From positions 5,568,001 to 5,632,000 of the forward strand of contig CAWDXG010000004.1 in NCBI GenBank assembly GCA_963806225.1: a stretch of DNA of 64,000 nucleotides, given 5' to 3'. The position numbers and the translations under genes are program-made. Within the stretch, counting starts at the first letter, position 1, and each line of letters opens with the position of its first letter. Below are positions 53,865-63,212 of the stretch, in pieces. This DNA comes from an uncultured delta proteobacterium. GTDB lineage: Bacteria; Myxococcota_A; Polyangia; Polyangiales; Polyangiaceae. The notes under the pieces are model-generated. The model was not told the origin of the DNA and did no database searches. It saw only the letters and a program-made list of their open reading frames with translations.

Positions 53865-54935
53865 GTGAGGCGATTCGACGTGGTCAAGGTCCTGGCCGCC
53901 GGCGCATTGATGCTGAGCGCGGCCCAAGCTCGTGCCGAGCCGACGGCTTCCGAGAAGGCGATGGCGATCCAGCTCTTCGATGACGCCCACAAGCAGATGG
54001 CCGCCGGGAACTACGCGGTCGCATGCCAGAAGTATCGCGACAGCCAGCGGCTCGACCCGCAACTTGGCACGTTGCTCCACCTCGCCGAGTGCTACGAGAA
54101 GTCCGGCAAGACGGCCAGCGCGTGGGCGAGCTTCATGGACGCGATCGAGGTTGCCGACAAACGCGGTGATCCGCGTGCAAAGCCGGCTCGCGAGCACGCG
54201 ACCGCACTACGCGCCAGGTTGTCGATGCTGACGATCAACGTGACGAGTCCGATGGCCCCGGGCATCGAAGTCCGGCTGGACGGCGAGTCGCTCGAGCGCG
54301 CAGCGTGGGGTCTGCCGGAACCCGTCGACCCGGGCTCCCACAAGATCCTGGCGAACGCGCCGGGCCGGCGTCCATGGGCCAACACCGTCAACGTGGGTGC
54401 GAATGCTGCGAAGGTCGCCGTCACCGTTCCGGAGCTCCTGGCGCCCCCCGCGGAACAGCCGAAGACGGCAGCTCCGCCGCCCACGCCCAAGCGCGCTTCG
54501 CCGGCCGCGAAAGCCCCACCGGCTGCGCCATCGAAGGCCCCGCCCGTTGCGCCAGCCCGGCCCTCGTCGTCGCCCCTTCCGCCTCCGGACACGCCGCCCG
54601 ACGAAATGAAAACCAATCGTGGAGGCACGCAGCGAACGATCGGGGTCGTCGTCACCGCTCTGGGAGCCGCCGGACTTGCTGCGGGCGGAGTGCTTGGTCT
54701 CACCGCCAAGTCGAAGTTCAACGACGCATTCAGCCACTGCGACGGAAACCAGTGTGATGCCACGGGCCTCGCGCTCCGTCATGAGGCGGTGTCGCGCGGC
54801 AACCTCGCCACCATCGTCGTCGGCGTTGGCGCGGGTGTCCTCGCTGTTGGAAGTATCATCTGGCTTGCTGCACCGCACGGAACGACAGAGGTCGGACTCG
54901 GTCCCGCGACGGTGTCGGTCAGAGGACGGTTTTGA
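53865..54935 (+). CDS. TPR/PEGA-like secreted membrane protein
   Basis: Signal peptide, AIQLF...ACQKY..SQRLDPQLGTLLHLAECYEK.GKTASAW, VDPGSH, two TM helices, ends in RGRF. Confidence 0.8.
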   Translation: MRRFDVVKVLAAGALMLSAAQARAEPTASEKAMAIQLFDDAHKQMAAGNYAVACQKYRDSQRLDPQLGTLLHLAECYEKSGKTASAWASFMDAIEVADKRGDPRAKPAREHATALRARLSMLTINVTSPMAPGIEVRLDGESLERAAWGLPEPVDPGSHKILANAPGRRPWANTVNVGANAAKVAVTVPELLAPPAEQPKTAAPPPTPKRASPAAKAPPAAPSKAPPVAPARPSSSPLPPPDTPPDEMKTNRGGTQRTIGVVVTALGAAGLAAGGVLGLTAKSKFNDAFSHCDGNQCDATGLALRHEAVSRGNLATIVVGVGAGVLAVGSIIWLAAPHGTTEVGLGPATVSVRGRF

Positions 54936-56020
54936 TGCGTCGCATAGGCGCGATAGGCCGTGTTCGGGGGGCTGGTGGGAGTCGTGGCAGAGTGCTCGAT
55001 GTGTTGCGGCTCCTCGTCTGCGGTGCCGCGTTGCTGTGTGCACCCCGTGCCATTGCCAATCCGCCGGCTCCGGAAGGGAGCACTGGACCCCACACGCAGC
55101 CTCCCCCACCGTCCGAACCGACACCGGGCAGAGTCGACCACGTCGGCGTGGCCCGGTGGTCGGAAACGCTGGGGTTCGTGCAGCCCTCGGGCGCGCCTTC
55201 CCCTGCCGCATCCCCTTCGGCCAAGAGCGCGGTGATCCAGGTGCCGCCCGGCGCGCCTGGGTCTGCAACTGCCGCGACTCCCGCGGCCGACGCGGCGGAC
55301 TCCAACGCCGACCCGGGGCTGGACACGACGGTGTTCCAACTCGGCATCGGAAGCCTGCAGGTAGTTCCGACCGACAACGGCAGGAATCATCCGTTTGTCG
55401 ACATCCACATGCTCGAATTCCTCTCGGCAATCCGCTACGCCCGGCGCGGCCCGAACAAACTGGTCGGGTTCTGGTTGGACGGGCGGCTGAGCGGGGGATG
55501 GGGAACCCAGGGATCAGACGCTCTGATCGGCCTTCCTTCGCACATCGAAGCCCAGGCGGTCATGGCAGACGCGGACGTCGGCGTAGATGCTCACCCCATC
55601 CCGCAATTCCGGGAGGTGGGGATTGGCCCTCTGGTTGGCCTCGATATGCATTTCATGCGCGCGAAGTTCGTGAGTGATGGCGACATTCCCGTCGACGATT
55701 CAGGTGAGAGCCTGGAGGTCTATCCCAACCTTGTCTTCGGCGCGCACCTGCACTTCGTCTGGGGACACACCGAAGTTCCGCGGGTGTACGCCGACTCGAC
55801 GTTCTCGTGGCACAAGGGAAAGGACGAGACGGGCCAGTACCTCACGCTCGAAGCCGGAGGTCGCCTTGGGTCATCGGTGATCCTATGGGGCCGGTTGGAC
55901 AAGCGCGTCGGGGCGTCGGGGACTGTCAGCGACAGCGACGGAACAACCAACTCGAACTTCGTGGCCGCGGCCATGCCGGTCGCTGCAAGCTACATGCTCG
56001 GCATCGGCTTCGAGCTCTGA
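54932..56020 (+). CDS. Hypothetical secreted protein, possible outer-membrane beta-barrel
   Basis: Signal-like N-terminus, alternating beta-strand pattern, C-terminal YMLGIGFEL. Confidence 0.5.
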   Translation: MMRRIGAIGRVRGAGGSRGRVLDVLRLLVCGAALLCAPRAIANPPAPEGSTGPHTQPPPPSEPTPGRVDHVGVARWSETLGFVQPSGAPSPAASPSAKSAVIQVPPGAPGSATAATPAADAADSNADPGLDTTVFQLGIGSLQVVPTDNGRNHPFVDIHMLEFLSAIRYARRGPNKLVGFWLDGRLSGGWGTQGSDALIGLPSHIEAQAVMADADVGVDAHPIPQFREVGIGPLVGLDMHFMRAKFVSDGDIPVDDSGESLEVYPNLVFGAHLHFVWGHTEVPRVYADSTFSWHKGKDETGQYLTLEAGGRLGSSVILWGRLDKRVGASGTVSDSDGTTNSNFVAAAMPVAASYMLGIGFEL

Positions 56021-56030
56021 GGTGTGCGTC

Positions 56031-58631
56031 ATGAAGGCGATCCCGGCACTTTCTACGACAACCCAACGCCTCCTCCTGGGGACCACCTTGTGCCTGTCGG
56101 TTCTGGTGCTTGCCGGATGCGCGCGGCACGGAGCGGGATTGCCTCCGAATCTGCCCGCTCCTCTGCTGCCGCACCATCAGCTGGTCATCTATGCGCCGCA
56201 CGGTTGGCAGTGTCCCGTGGTTGGCGCCGCTTCCGAGGGCGATCTCGAGGACGGCGAGGGCAAGCCCCTCGACGGCTACGACCAGCCCACCACCGTCATG
56301 GTGAAGGACACCGAAGAGCACGGAACGTGGCTGGCGCTGGAGGTGCAGAGCCCGGGCCAGAAAGCCCGATGGTTGCGCGTCCCGCACAGCACGGCCGTCC
56401 CCTGTCTACTTGCCGATGCCGACGCGCTCCAGCGAGCCCTGGACCAGATCGGGAAGCGTCTGGTCTTCACGCCGTGGAAGCCAGCGTGCCATGAGTTGCA
56501 CATAGCTGGCCAGGCGCTGGACGCTCTATTCATCGAGAACAGTCCGGGCGTGCTGCCGAAAGTCACGGCGCTAGCACTCGGACCCGAGTCGGCAACCGAG
56601 CGCGCCGCGAACAAGTCGGGTACTGCGTTATGGCTCGACATCAAGAAGTCCGGGCTGGCCGTGCGTGCGGACGTCGCCGAGAAGTGCTTCAGCCGCGAGG
56701 GCGATGCACAAGCCGAGCCGCCCGAACGCCTCACGAAGAGATTGCGCATACCGCCCGGGCTATGTCGCTCCGAGACTGCCCGGGGCCGGCGCTACTTCGA
56801 GTGTCAGACATCGCTCGGTGTGTGGACTGGCGCCGTTTCGCCGACGGCGCTGGACCTGCGCCTGGTGCATCGCACGTTGGGAGACGTTCACTTCGCTGGC
56901 GCCTACCCGGTCTCTGGTGGGGCGTTCGCTCACGTCGTTGTGTCGGTCACGGAAGCGCGCACGCGCGACCGGCGGGAACAGCGCATCTACGCCATCACAG
57001 GTAGGGCGATTCGGCGAGCCCTTGTGCGCGCGGCCGGCGACTCCGTTCGCGTCGCTCCCGCGTCCGAGGCGGACGTGAACTACCGGGTGCGCCTGGCGGT
57101 AGCCAACGTCCGGATCGGGGAGCTACAAACCGGTCAAGCCAACGGAACGAGTCAGTACAAGGTGCGGGACGAGCAGGTACCGAATCCCCAGAAGGCGCAG
57201 GCCCGGGCAGCGTGGCAGCAGGCGCAGCAACAGGTGCCGCAGGCCCAGAGCACGTACCAGGCAAGGCAGGCGGCGCTGCGGCAGGCACAACAGAACTACC
57301 AGAACGATCAAAGGCAATACCAGCAGAACAAGCAAGCTCAGCAGAGGCTAGTGAGCGACTGCCGAAACCAGGCCAATAGCATCCAGGATGCAAATCAGCG
57401 GCAGATAGCACTGCTTGCGTGCAACGGCGGCGACGCCGCGGCATCCATCGCAATGAGCGGACCCAATCATGACGCAATCGACCAGGCACAGCAGGCAGTG
57501 GACCAGGCGCAGGACGCCATCACGAACGCCCAGCAGGCCGCCGATCAAGCGCAGCAGACCTGGCAGAACACTCCCGACACCATTACCCGGCCGGTCATGG
57601 CGAATTGGACCTATCGCAAGACCGTCTTCAGCCGGTCGGCGTCTGCGACGCTCCAGCTCGTTCTCGGCGAGCGCGGCGTTGCGAACGACCGCACCGACTC
57701 GCAGACCGTGCGCGTCGAGTGGCAGGACTACCAGGTGCAGGCTGATCCCGCGCACAACGTCGTCGGCCACTTGCCGCAACGAAAACCCATGACCGATGCG
57801 GATGCGCTTCTGCCGCTTCTCGCCAATCGAGTCGGCGATGTCCTGGCGGCGAAGCTGAAAGCGGCGATTGCCACCGCGACCATGAGCGAGGCGAAGCGGG
57901 CGTTCCGCCAAGCAGGGAACCACACGGATCGTCCGGGCTTCGAAGTAGTCGACGCCCTGGCTTTCCGGATCGCTGGGCGCCGGCTTGAGAAGGCAGTCCT
58001 GCAAGGGACCGCCACGCTGGGAGGCAGCGGGGCCTACACGCTGCCACTGGCGGACGTCCAGCCGGGACAGTGCCTGCTCGGCGTGGCAGCTATCGCGCAG
58101 AACGCGAAGCCCGCACATCTCGCGCTGGGCACCTCGGACGGCGCGTACGCCGACCTCAGGCAGAGGCGGACGACCTGGGTCGAGATCTGTGGCGGCGGGC
58201 CGACGTCGACGGACGCGCCCGGCGCCCTGCTGCTGAGGAGTGACCAGCCCACGTCGGTCCGCTGGGGCTTGTACCGCACGTCCGACTCGTTCCCCGGCCA
58301 GGCCCAGTCCGCGCCTACTACTCCACCGAGTCGAGCGCCGCTGCCACCGAAGCGACCTGCCCGCTCGCCGGCGAAGGCGCCCGAGCGATTCCAGCCTGCG
58401 GCGTCCTCGCCCCGGGCCACGGGCTGCACGAAGGACGCGGACTGCAAGGGCGCGCGGATCTGCCAACGAGGACATTGCGTCAATCCTCCGCCCAAGCCGG
58501 CTACGCCGCCCGCGGCACATCCTCCGGTGTCCACGGCGCCCGCGGCAAAGGCCAAGCCGGTCGCCAAACCGCGAAAGAGCGTGCCTCCCCCCGCAACCGT
58601 ACCCGGAGATGAGTTTGGAGGGCGACAATGA
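56031..58631 (+). CDS. Large hypothetical lipoprotein with Gln/Ala-rich coiled coil and Pro-rich tail
   Basis: Lipobox LAGC, AQQ-rich helical insert, CTKDADCKGARIC motif. Confidence 0.7.
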   Translation: MKAIPALSTTTQRLLLGTTLCLSVLVLAGCARHGAGLPPNLPAPLLPHHQLVIYAPHGWQCPVVGAASEGDLEDGEGKPLDGYDQPTTVMVKDTEEHGTWLALEVQSPGQKARWLRVPHSTAVPCLLADADALQRALDQIGKRLVFTPWKPACHELHIAGQALDALFIENSPGVLPKVTALALGPESATERAANKSGTALWLDIKKSGLAVRADVAEKCFSREGDAQAEPPERLTKRLRIPPGLCRSETARGRRYFECQTSLGVWTGAVSPTALDLRLVHRTLGDVHFAGAYPVSGGAFAHVVVSVTEARTRDRREQRIYAITGRAIRRALVRAAGDSVRVAPASEADVNYRVRLAVANVRIGELQTGQANGTSQYKVRDEQVPNPQKAQARAAWQQAQQQVPQAQSTYQARQAALRQAQQNYQNDQRQYQQNKQAQQRLVSDCRNQANSIQDANQRQIALLACNGGDAAASIAMSGPNHDAIDQAQQAVDQAQDAITNAQQAADQAQQTWQNTPDTITRPVMANWTYRKTVFSRSASATLQLVLGERGVANDRTDSQTVRVEWQDYQVQADPAHNVVGHLPQRKPMTDADALLPLLANRVGDVLAAKLKAAIATATMSEAKRAFRQAGNHTDRPGFEVVDALAFRIAGRRLEKAVLQGTATLGGSGAYTLPLADVQPGQCLLGVAAIAQNAKPAHLALGTSDGAYADLRQRRTTWVEICGGGPTSTDAPGALLLRSDQPTSVRWGLYRTSDSFPGQAQSAPTTPPSRAPLPPKRPARSPAKAPERFQPAASSPRATGCTKDADCKGARICQRGHCVNPPPKPATPPAAHPPVSTAPAAKAKPVAKPRKSVPPPATVPGDEFGGRQ

Positions 58632-58708
58632 GCTGCTCCCACCTGGGGCGTCGCTGCCCGTTCTGCGGCTCGCAGCCAGCTAGCCCGGATTCCTCGTGGA
58701 GTGTCAGG

Positions 58709-60040
58709 ATGAACCGGTTGCGTGGACGGGGAATCCGCCACGCGTCGACGTTCGTAGCGTTGCTCGCACTCGCGGGCTGCAACGCGATACTTGGTGTGTC
58801 GGACGGGACGCCGCGGAAGAGCAACGCCAGCGGAGGCAGCGCCGGTGCGAGCGGTGGCGGAACGAGCGGGATGGCTGGCGCGGCTGGCATTGGAGGCGGG
58901 CTCGGGATCGGTTCGGGCGGCACTACCGGTGCCGACGGGGGCAACACGGACGGCGGCCCGGGAGGCGCAGGCGGCGCTCCGACATGCGGCCCGACGGCGC
59001 ACGTGTCCGAAATCGGCTCGCTGCTTCAAGCGCGTTGGGACCATCTGGCCGCGCGGTTGCCGGACGGTCGAATCTTGATTGTGGGGGGGCAGCCGGTGGC
59101 CAGCGGACAGCGAACCGCCAGCTCGGAGCTCGTCGACCCGGGGACAGGTCAGGCTGCGCCATCGGGCAACCTGGCCACGGCCCGATGCCGGGCAACGATC
59201 GACGTGACCGCCAAGGGATCGCTGTTGGTCGTCGGTGGGGACGGGCCCAACAGCGGATACCTGAGCAGCACGGAACAATACGACCTGTCGACGGCGCAGT
59301 GGTCAGCGGGCCCGGTCTTGGCGCAAAATCGCGGCTACCACGCCCACGCCAGGTTGTCGGACGGACGAATCATGGTGGCGGGTGGGATTGCGGACAACAC
59401 GCACGTGATCGCGTCCGCCGAGCTGTTGACCGGAGGCGCATGGCTCACGGTATCGCCGCTCCTGCACCCGCGCTCGTATTTCCGCATGACCACGCTCGAT
59501 GACGGTCGCGTGCTCGCTACCGGCGGCTACGACGGGAGCGACTGGTGGGTTCAGACTGCGCCGACCGTGTTGTCGAGCGCCGAGCTGTTCGATCCCGCAA
59601 CGTCCCAGTGGACTGCTGCTTCCCCCATGACGGCCCCTCGTCGCGAGCACACGGCCACGCTGCTGCAAGACGGGACGGTGCTGATCGCTGGAGGCGTCAA
59701 CCAGAGCGGTGCGCTGAAGAGTGCGGAGCGCTTCGATCCCAAGACCGCTACGTTCACTCCCGTCGGATCGATGCATGACGCACATGCTTACGGTACCGCG
59801 ACGCTTCTGCCAGATGGTCACGTGCTCGTTGCCGGTGGTCTTGGCACGGGCCTTGCGGCAGTCGCAACGACGGACATTTTCGACCCCGCGACCAACACAT
59901 TCCAGGCCGGTCCAGCGCTGGAACACGCCCGGTGGGGACACACGGCCACGCTCGCGGACGGGTGCTCGGTTCTCATCGTGGGGGGGATGTCGGGAAACAA
60001 CGTCCTCGCAAGCATCGAGCGGGTGAGCTTCGGTCCGTGA
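58709..60040 (+). CDS. Kelch-repeat lipoprotein
   Basis: Repeats of R..HTATLL.DG.VL..GG......SAE.FDP. Confidence 0.88.
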   Translation: MNRLRGRGIRHASTFVALLALAGCNAILGVSDGTPRKSNASGGSAGASGGGTSGMAGAAGIGGGLGIGSGGTTGADGGNTDGGPGGAGGAPTCGPTAHVSEIGSLLQARWDHLAARLPDGRILIVGGQPVASGQRTASSELVDPGTGQAAPSGNLATARCRATIDVTAKGSLLVVGGDGPNSGYLSSTEQYDLSTAQWSAGPVLAQNRGYHAHARLSDGRIMVAGGIADNTHVIASAELLTGGAWLTVSPLLHPRSYFRMTTLDDGRVLATGGYDGSDWWVQTAPTVLSSAELFDPATSQWTAASPMTAPRREHTATLLQDGTVLIAGGVNQSGALKSAERFDPKTATFTPVGSMHDAHAYGTATLLPDGHVLVAGGLGTGLAAVATTDIFDPATNTFQAGPALEHARWGHTATLADGCSVLIVGGMSGNNVLASIERVSFGP

Positions 60041-60086
60041 GGGTACCGGTACCATGGCGCTGACAACATTCACGAGGAGCACGAGA

Positions 60087-61100
60087 ATGCGCGGGGTGCG
60101 TCGACAGGGAATCCGCTTCGGTTCGACAATCGTGGCCTTGGTCACGCTCCTTGGCTGCAACGCCATACTGGGGATTTCCGAGGGGACGCCGCGGAAGACC
60201 GACGGAGGCGCCGACGCCGGCGACTGCACGTCTCCGACCTGCAACTGTTTCTCCGCCTGTGCCACCTGCACCTGCGAGCATTACCAGGATCCGACGATGT
60301 GCTCGTCGGCCTGCGGCAGCGGAGGCAGTGCGGGCTCGCATGGGACCGGGGGCGCGTACGGCACCGGGGGCTCCGGCGTGGGAGGCTCGTACGGGGCCGG
60401 AGGCTACGGGACAGGAGGCTACGGGACAGGTGGCTCGTCTGGCACGGGGCCCTCCGGAACCGGCGGTGCAGGCTCGGGGGGAGCAAGCTCGTGCCCTGGT
60501 GCGCCTGCTGGCAGCCCCTGTTCGCTCGTGGCGCCGCAGTGCGGGTGTGGGCCGGGGCTAGGCTGCTACGTCAAGGACGACGGCAGTACGTACTGTGCGG
60601 CGGCGGGTAGCGTGCAGCCCTATCAGTCCTGCGGCAGCGGCAGTGAATGCGCGCCGGGTGGCCTGTGCCTCTACCATTCAGGCAAGCCCACCTACTGCGC
60701 ACCCTATTGCAAGACCGACAGCGACTGCGCCGGCTACGGTGCCTGCCTTCCTCTCGGGAAAAATCAGGGCACGGGATCGGTTCCAAACGCCGGGTACTGT
60801 GCCTCCGGGTGCGACCTCGACAACCCGGCAGCGACGTGTGGAGCGGGTCTCGGTTGCTACACCTTCCAGACTGCGAGCGGAGGGGTCACCACCGACTGCT
60901 ATCCGGTTGGGACAGCTACCGGGGCCAACGGATGCGCGAGCAACCAGAGCGCCTGCGCCCCGGGCTACGTGTGCTTGACCTCCGGCGACTGCCGTCGCTG
61001 GTGCCGGGTTGACAAGAACGACTGCCCGAGCGGGACGAGCTGCACGTCTTTGACCCCGAACGTCGTTGTCAACGGCATCAACTACGGCGTCTGCCTGTAG
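60087..61100 (+). CDS. Cys-rich lipoprotein with Gly linker
   Basis: GAGGAG RBS, lipobox LLGC, CSLVAPQCGC...; ends in YGVCL. Confidence 0.75.
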   Translation: MRGVRRQGIRFGSTIVALVTLLGCNAILGISEGTPRKTDGGADAGDCTSPTCNCFSACATCTCEHYQDPTMCSSACGSGGSAGSHGTGGAYGTGGSGVGGSYGAGGYGTGGYGTGGSSGTGPSGTGGAGSGGASSCPGAPAGSPCSLVAPQCGCGPGLGCYVKDDGSTYCAAAGSVQPYQSCGSGSECAPGGLCLYHSGKPTYCAPYCKTDSDCAGYGACLPLGKNQGTGSVPNAGYCASGCDLDNPAATCGAGLGCYTFQTASGGVTTDCYPVGTATGANGCASNQSACAPGYVCLTSGDCRRWCRVDKNDCPSGTSCTSLTPNVVVNGINYGVCL

Positions 61101-61134
61101 TAGCGGGTGGCATGCTATCCCAGGGATCTCCGGA

Positions 61135-61186
61135 GGGCTGCGCGACGCGGACGGAGCTGGTGGCGCGGCTTGGGCGGGCGGAGTAG
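61135..61186 (+). repeat. 52-bp isolated copy of the LuxR gene 3' end (copy 4)
   Basis: GGGCTGCGCGACGCGGACGGAGCTGGTGGCGCGGCTTGG...TAG encodes GCATRTELVARLGRAE*, matching the ends of copies 2 and 3. Confidence 0.75.
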
Positions 61187-61191
61187 CGCCG

Positions 61192-61944
61192 CTACCCGAC
61201 GAACTCCCGCACCGCGCGCACCGTCCCGTCGAAATCCTCGTACAACAGCGCGTGCCCCGCGCCGGGCACGATCTGCAGCGTGCCGTGCCGCACGCCTTCC
61301 GCGATGGTACGGCTGGCCTCGGCGGGGACGGCGGCGTCGAGCTCGCCGGCGCGGCAGAGGACGGGCATCGCGAGCTCGCCGAGGCGCGGGCGTTGATCGG
61401 CGGCGTCGGCGGCGGCGTCGAGCTCGGCGGCCAGATCCGCTGACGCGATGGCGTCGAGCCAGCTCGTGACGCCGGCGACCGCCGCGGGATGCGATGCGGC
61501 GAAGTCTGCCGACAGGAACTGGCCGGGCGCGACGGGGTGCAGATCCTGTCCCGCGCGCAGCGCCTCGGCGAAGCCGTGGAAGGCCGCCTGGTGCTCGGGA
61601 TCGAGCCCGGCGAGGCCGGCGAGCGAGACGATTCTCCCGACGCGGAGCTTGCCGCGCAGCGCCAGGCCGATGGCGTGCCACGCGCCGCCGGAGAAGCCGA
61701 TCAGCGTCGCTTCATGGACGCCGTGTGAGGCGAGCGTCTCCTCGATGAGCTCGCGGCAGCGCTCCATGCTGTACGGAGCGGGCAGCGGCGGCGACTTGCC
61801 GTAGCCGGGCAGGTGCACGACGAAGGTGCGATGCGAGCCGGAAAGCTCGCGGGCGAGCGGAGCAAGATGGTCAGGCCGGGTCGGCATGCCGTGCAGCAGC
61901 ACGACGGGCGAGCCCAGATCGCCCTGGATATCAACGTGGAGCAA
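61192..61944 (-). CDS. Alpha/beta fold hydrolase
   Basis: PVVLLHG, LPGYGKS, GFSGG nucleophile elbow, GELD, GAGH. Confidence 0.88.
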   Translation of the reverse strand: MLHVDIQGDLGSPVVLLHGMPTRPDHLAPLARELSGSHRTFVVHLPGYGKSPPLPAPYSMERCRELIEETLASHGVHEATLIGFSGGAWHAIGLALRGKLRVGRIVSLAGLAGLDPEHQAAFHGFAEALRAGQDLHPVAPGQFLSADFAASHPAAVAGVTSWLDAIASADLAAELDAAADAADQRPRLGELAMPVLCRAGELDAAVPAEASRTIAEGVRHGTLQIVPGAGHALLYEDFDGTVRAVREFVG

Positions 61945-62117
61945 TCAAGACACCAAGGGTAGAAACAACGACATCTGAACAGCGTGTTTCTCCGCATTAT
62001 TCCCGCTCCCCGTTCGATTTCCGTGTCGGCTTCACTCCGCTTGATGTGGGTCAACTCCGGGGCTGCTGCCCGGAATTTCCCGCTTGTCGATCGACGTCCG
62101 GCGCTTGAAGATGACGG

Positions 62118-63212
62118 ATGGCGCTCCTCGCGCGTGAGGGGCGGCCTGGCTTTCACTGCCTCGAAGGAGGGTGTGCGGAGAGGGTGCAGCGGCTGGCTGA
62201 CAACGTGATCCGTCGGATCGACGAGTCGCTGGGCAATGTGCCTGTCGACGGCGGCGCGCTTCCGGAGGAGTGCGTGCGTGAGCTCTCGTCGCTGCTGCGT
62301 GCGGAGCGCTTCTGCGCGCTCGGACGGGGGCCGGGGCCAGGCGGCTCTGTACCCGAGCTAGCGATCTGTCGCGGGTTTCCACCAGGAATCGAAGCAAAGC
62401 GGCGCGTACTGGAGGTGCTCGACCGTTGCGCCGAGCTCGGCCCGCCCGCGTTCGATGTCGCGAACCCGACCGCAGCGGCGGCGCTTCCAGGGCGGGTGGT
62501 GCGGCCGCTGGCGGAGTTGTCGCCGGCGTCGCGCGGGCGCGCGCGGGAGCTTCTGCGCGGGCTGGGCATCGCGGGGTACGACGTGATGCGGGTCGTGGTG
62601 TGCGACGGGTCGGCGTTCCTGGCGTGGGTGGGCGTGATGCGCCGGACGGAGTTCACTGAACAGGAGCTCCTCGCGTTCCAGCAGGTCGTGCCGCAGCTCC
62701 GCGCTCACCTGGCGCTCGCGCAGCGGCTGCGCCACGCCGAGCTCTTCGAAGCCGGGTTCGCCACCGTGCTGGAGGCGCTCGCGGAGCCGGCGTTCCTGCT
62801 GCGTCGCGACGGGAGGCTGGTCGCTTCCAACCGGGCTGCGGGCGAGCTCGGGCTGGCGCCGGCCGAGCTCCGTGAACAGCTCGGTCGCGCGCTGTCGGAC
62901 CAGGCGGCGGAGTGGAGCGCGCGCCCCGTCGGTTCCGGTCCGGAACCCGGCGGCTACCTGGTAGTGCGGCGCTGTGGCGGACTATCGAGCCGGGCTATCG
63001 CAACCGCGGGGCGGCGCTGGACGCTGACGCGCGCCGAGACGCGCGTGCTCGAGCGGCTCGCGCAAGGCTGTTCCAACAAGGAAATTGCCCGGGCGCTTTG
63101 CTGCTCGGTGCGCACGGTGGAGATCCACGTCTCGGCGATCCTGCGCAAAGGGAGCTGTGACAACCGGGCGGCGGTCGTGGCGGAGCTGGCGCGGATCGGA
63201 GGCAGCGCGTGA
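62118..63212 (+). CDS. LuxR-family HTH regulator, diverged paralogue (copy 5)
   Basis: MRVVVCDGSAFLAWVG, LTRAETRVLERLAQGCSNKEIARAL..SVRTVEIHV. Start is uncertain. Confidence 0.82.
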   Translation: MALLAREGRPGFHCLEGGCAERVQRLADNVIRRIDESLGNVPVDGGALPEECVRELSSLLRAERFCALGRGPGPGGSVPELAICRGFPPGIEAKRRVLEVLDRCAELGPPAFDVANPTAAAALPGRVVRPLAELSPASRGRARELLRGLGIAGYDVMRVVVCDGSAFLAWVGVMRRTEFTEQELLAFQQVVPQLRAHLALAQRLRHAELFEAGFATVLEALAEPAFLLRRDGRLVASNRAAGELGLAPAELREQLGRALSDQAAEWSARPVGSGPEPGGYLVVRRCGGLSSRAIATAGRRWTLTRAETRVLERLAQGCSNKEIARALCCSVRTVEIHVSAILRKGSCDNRAAVVAELARIGGSA

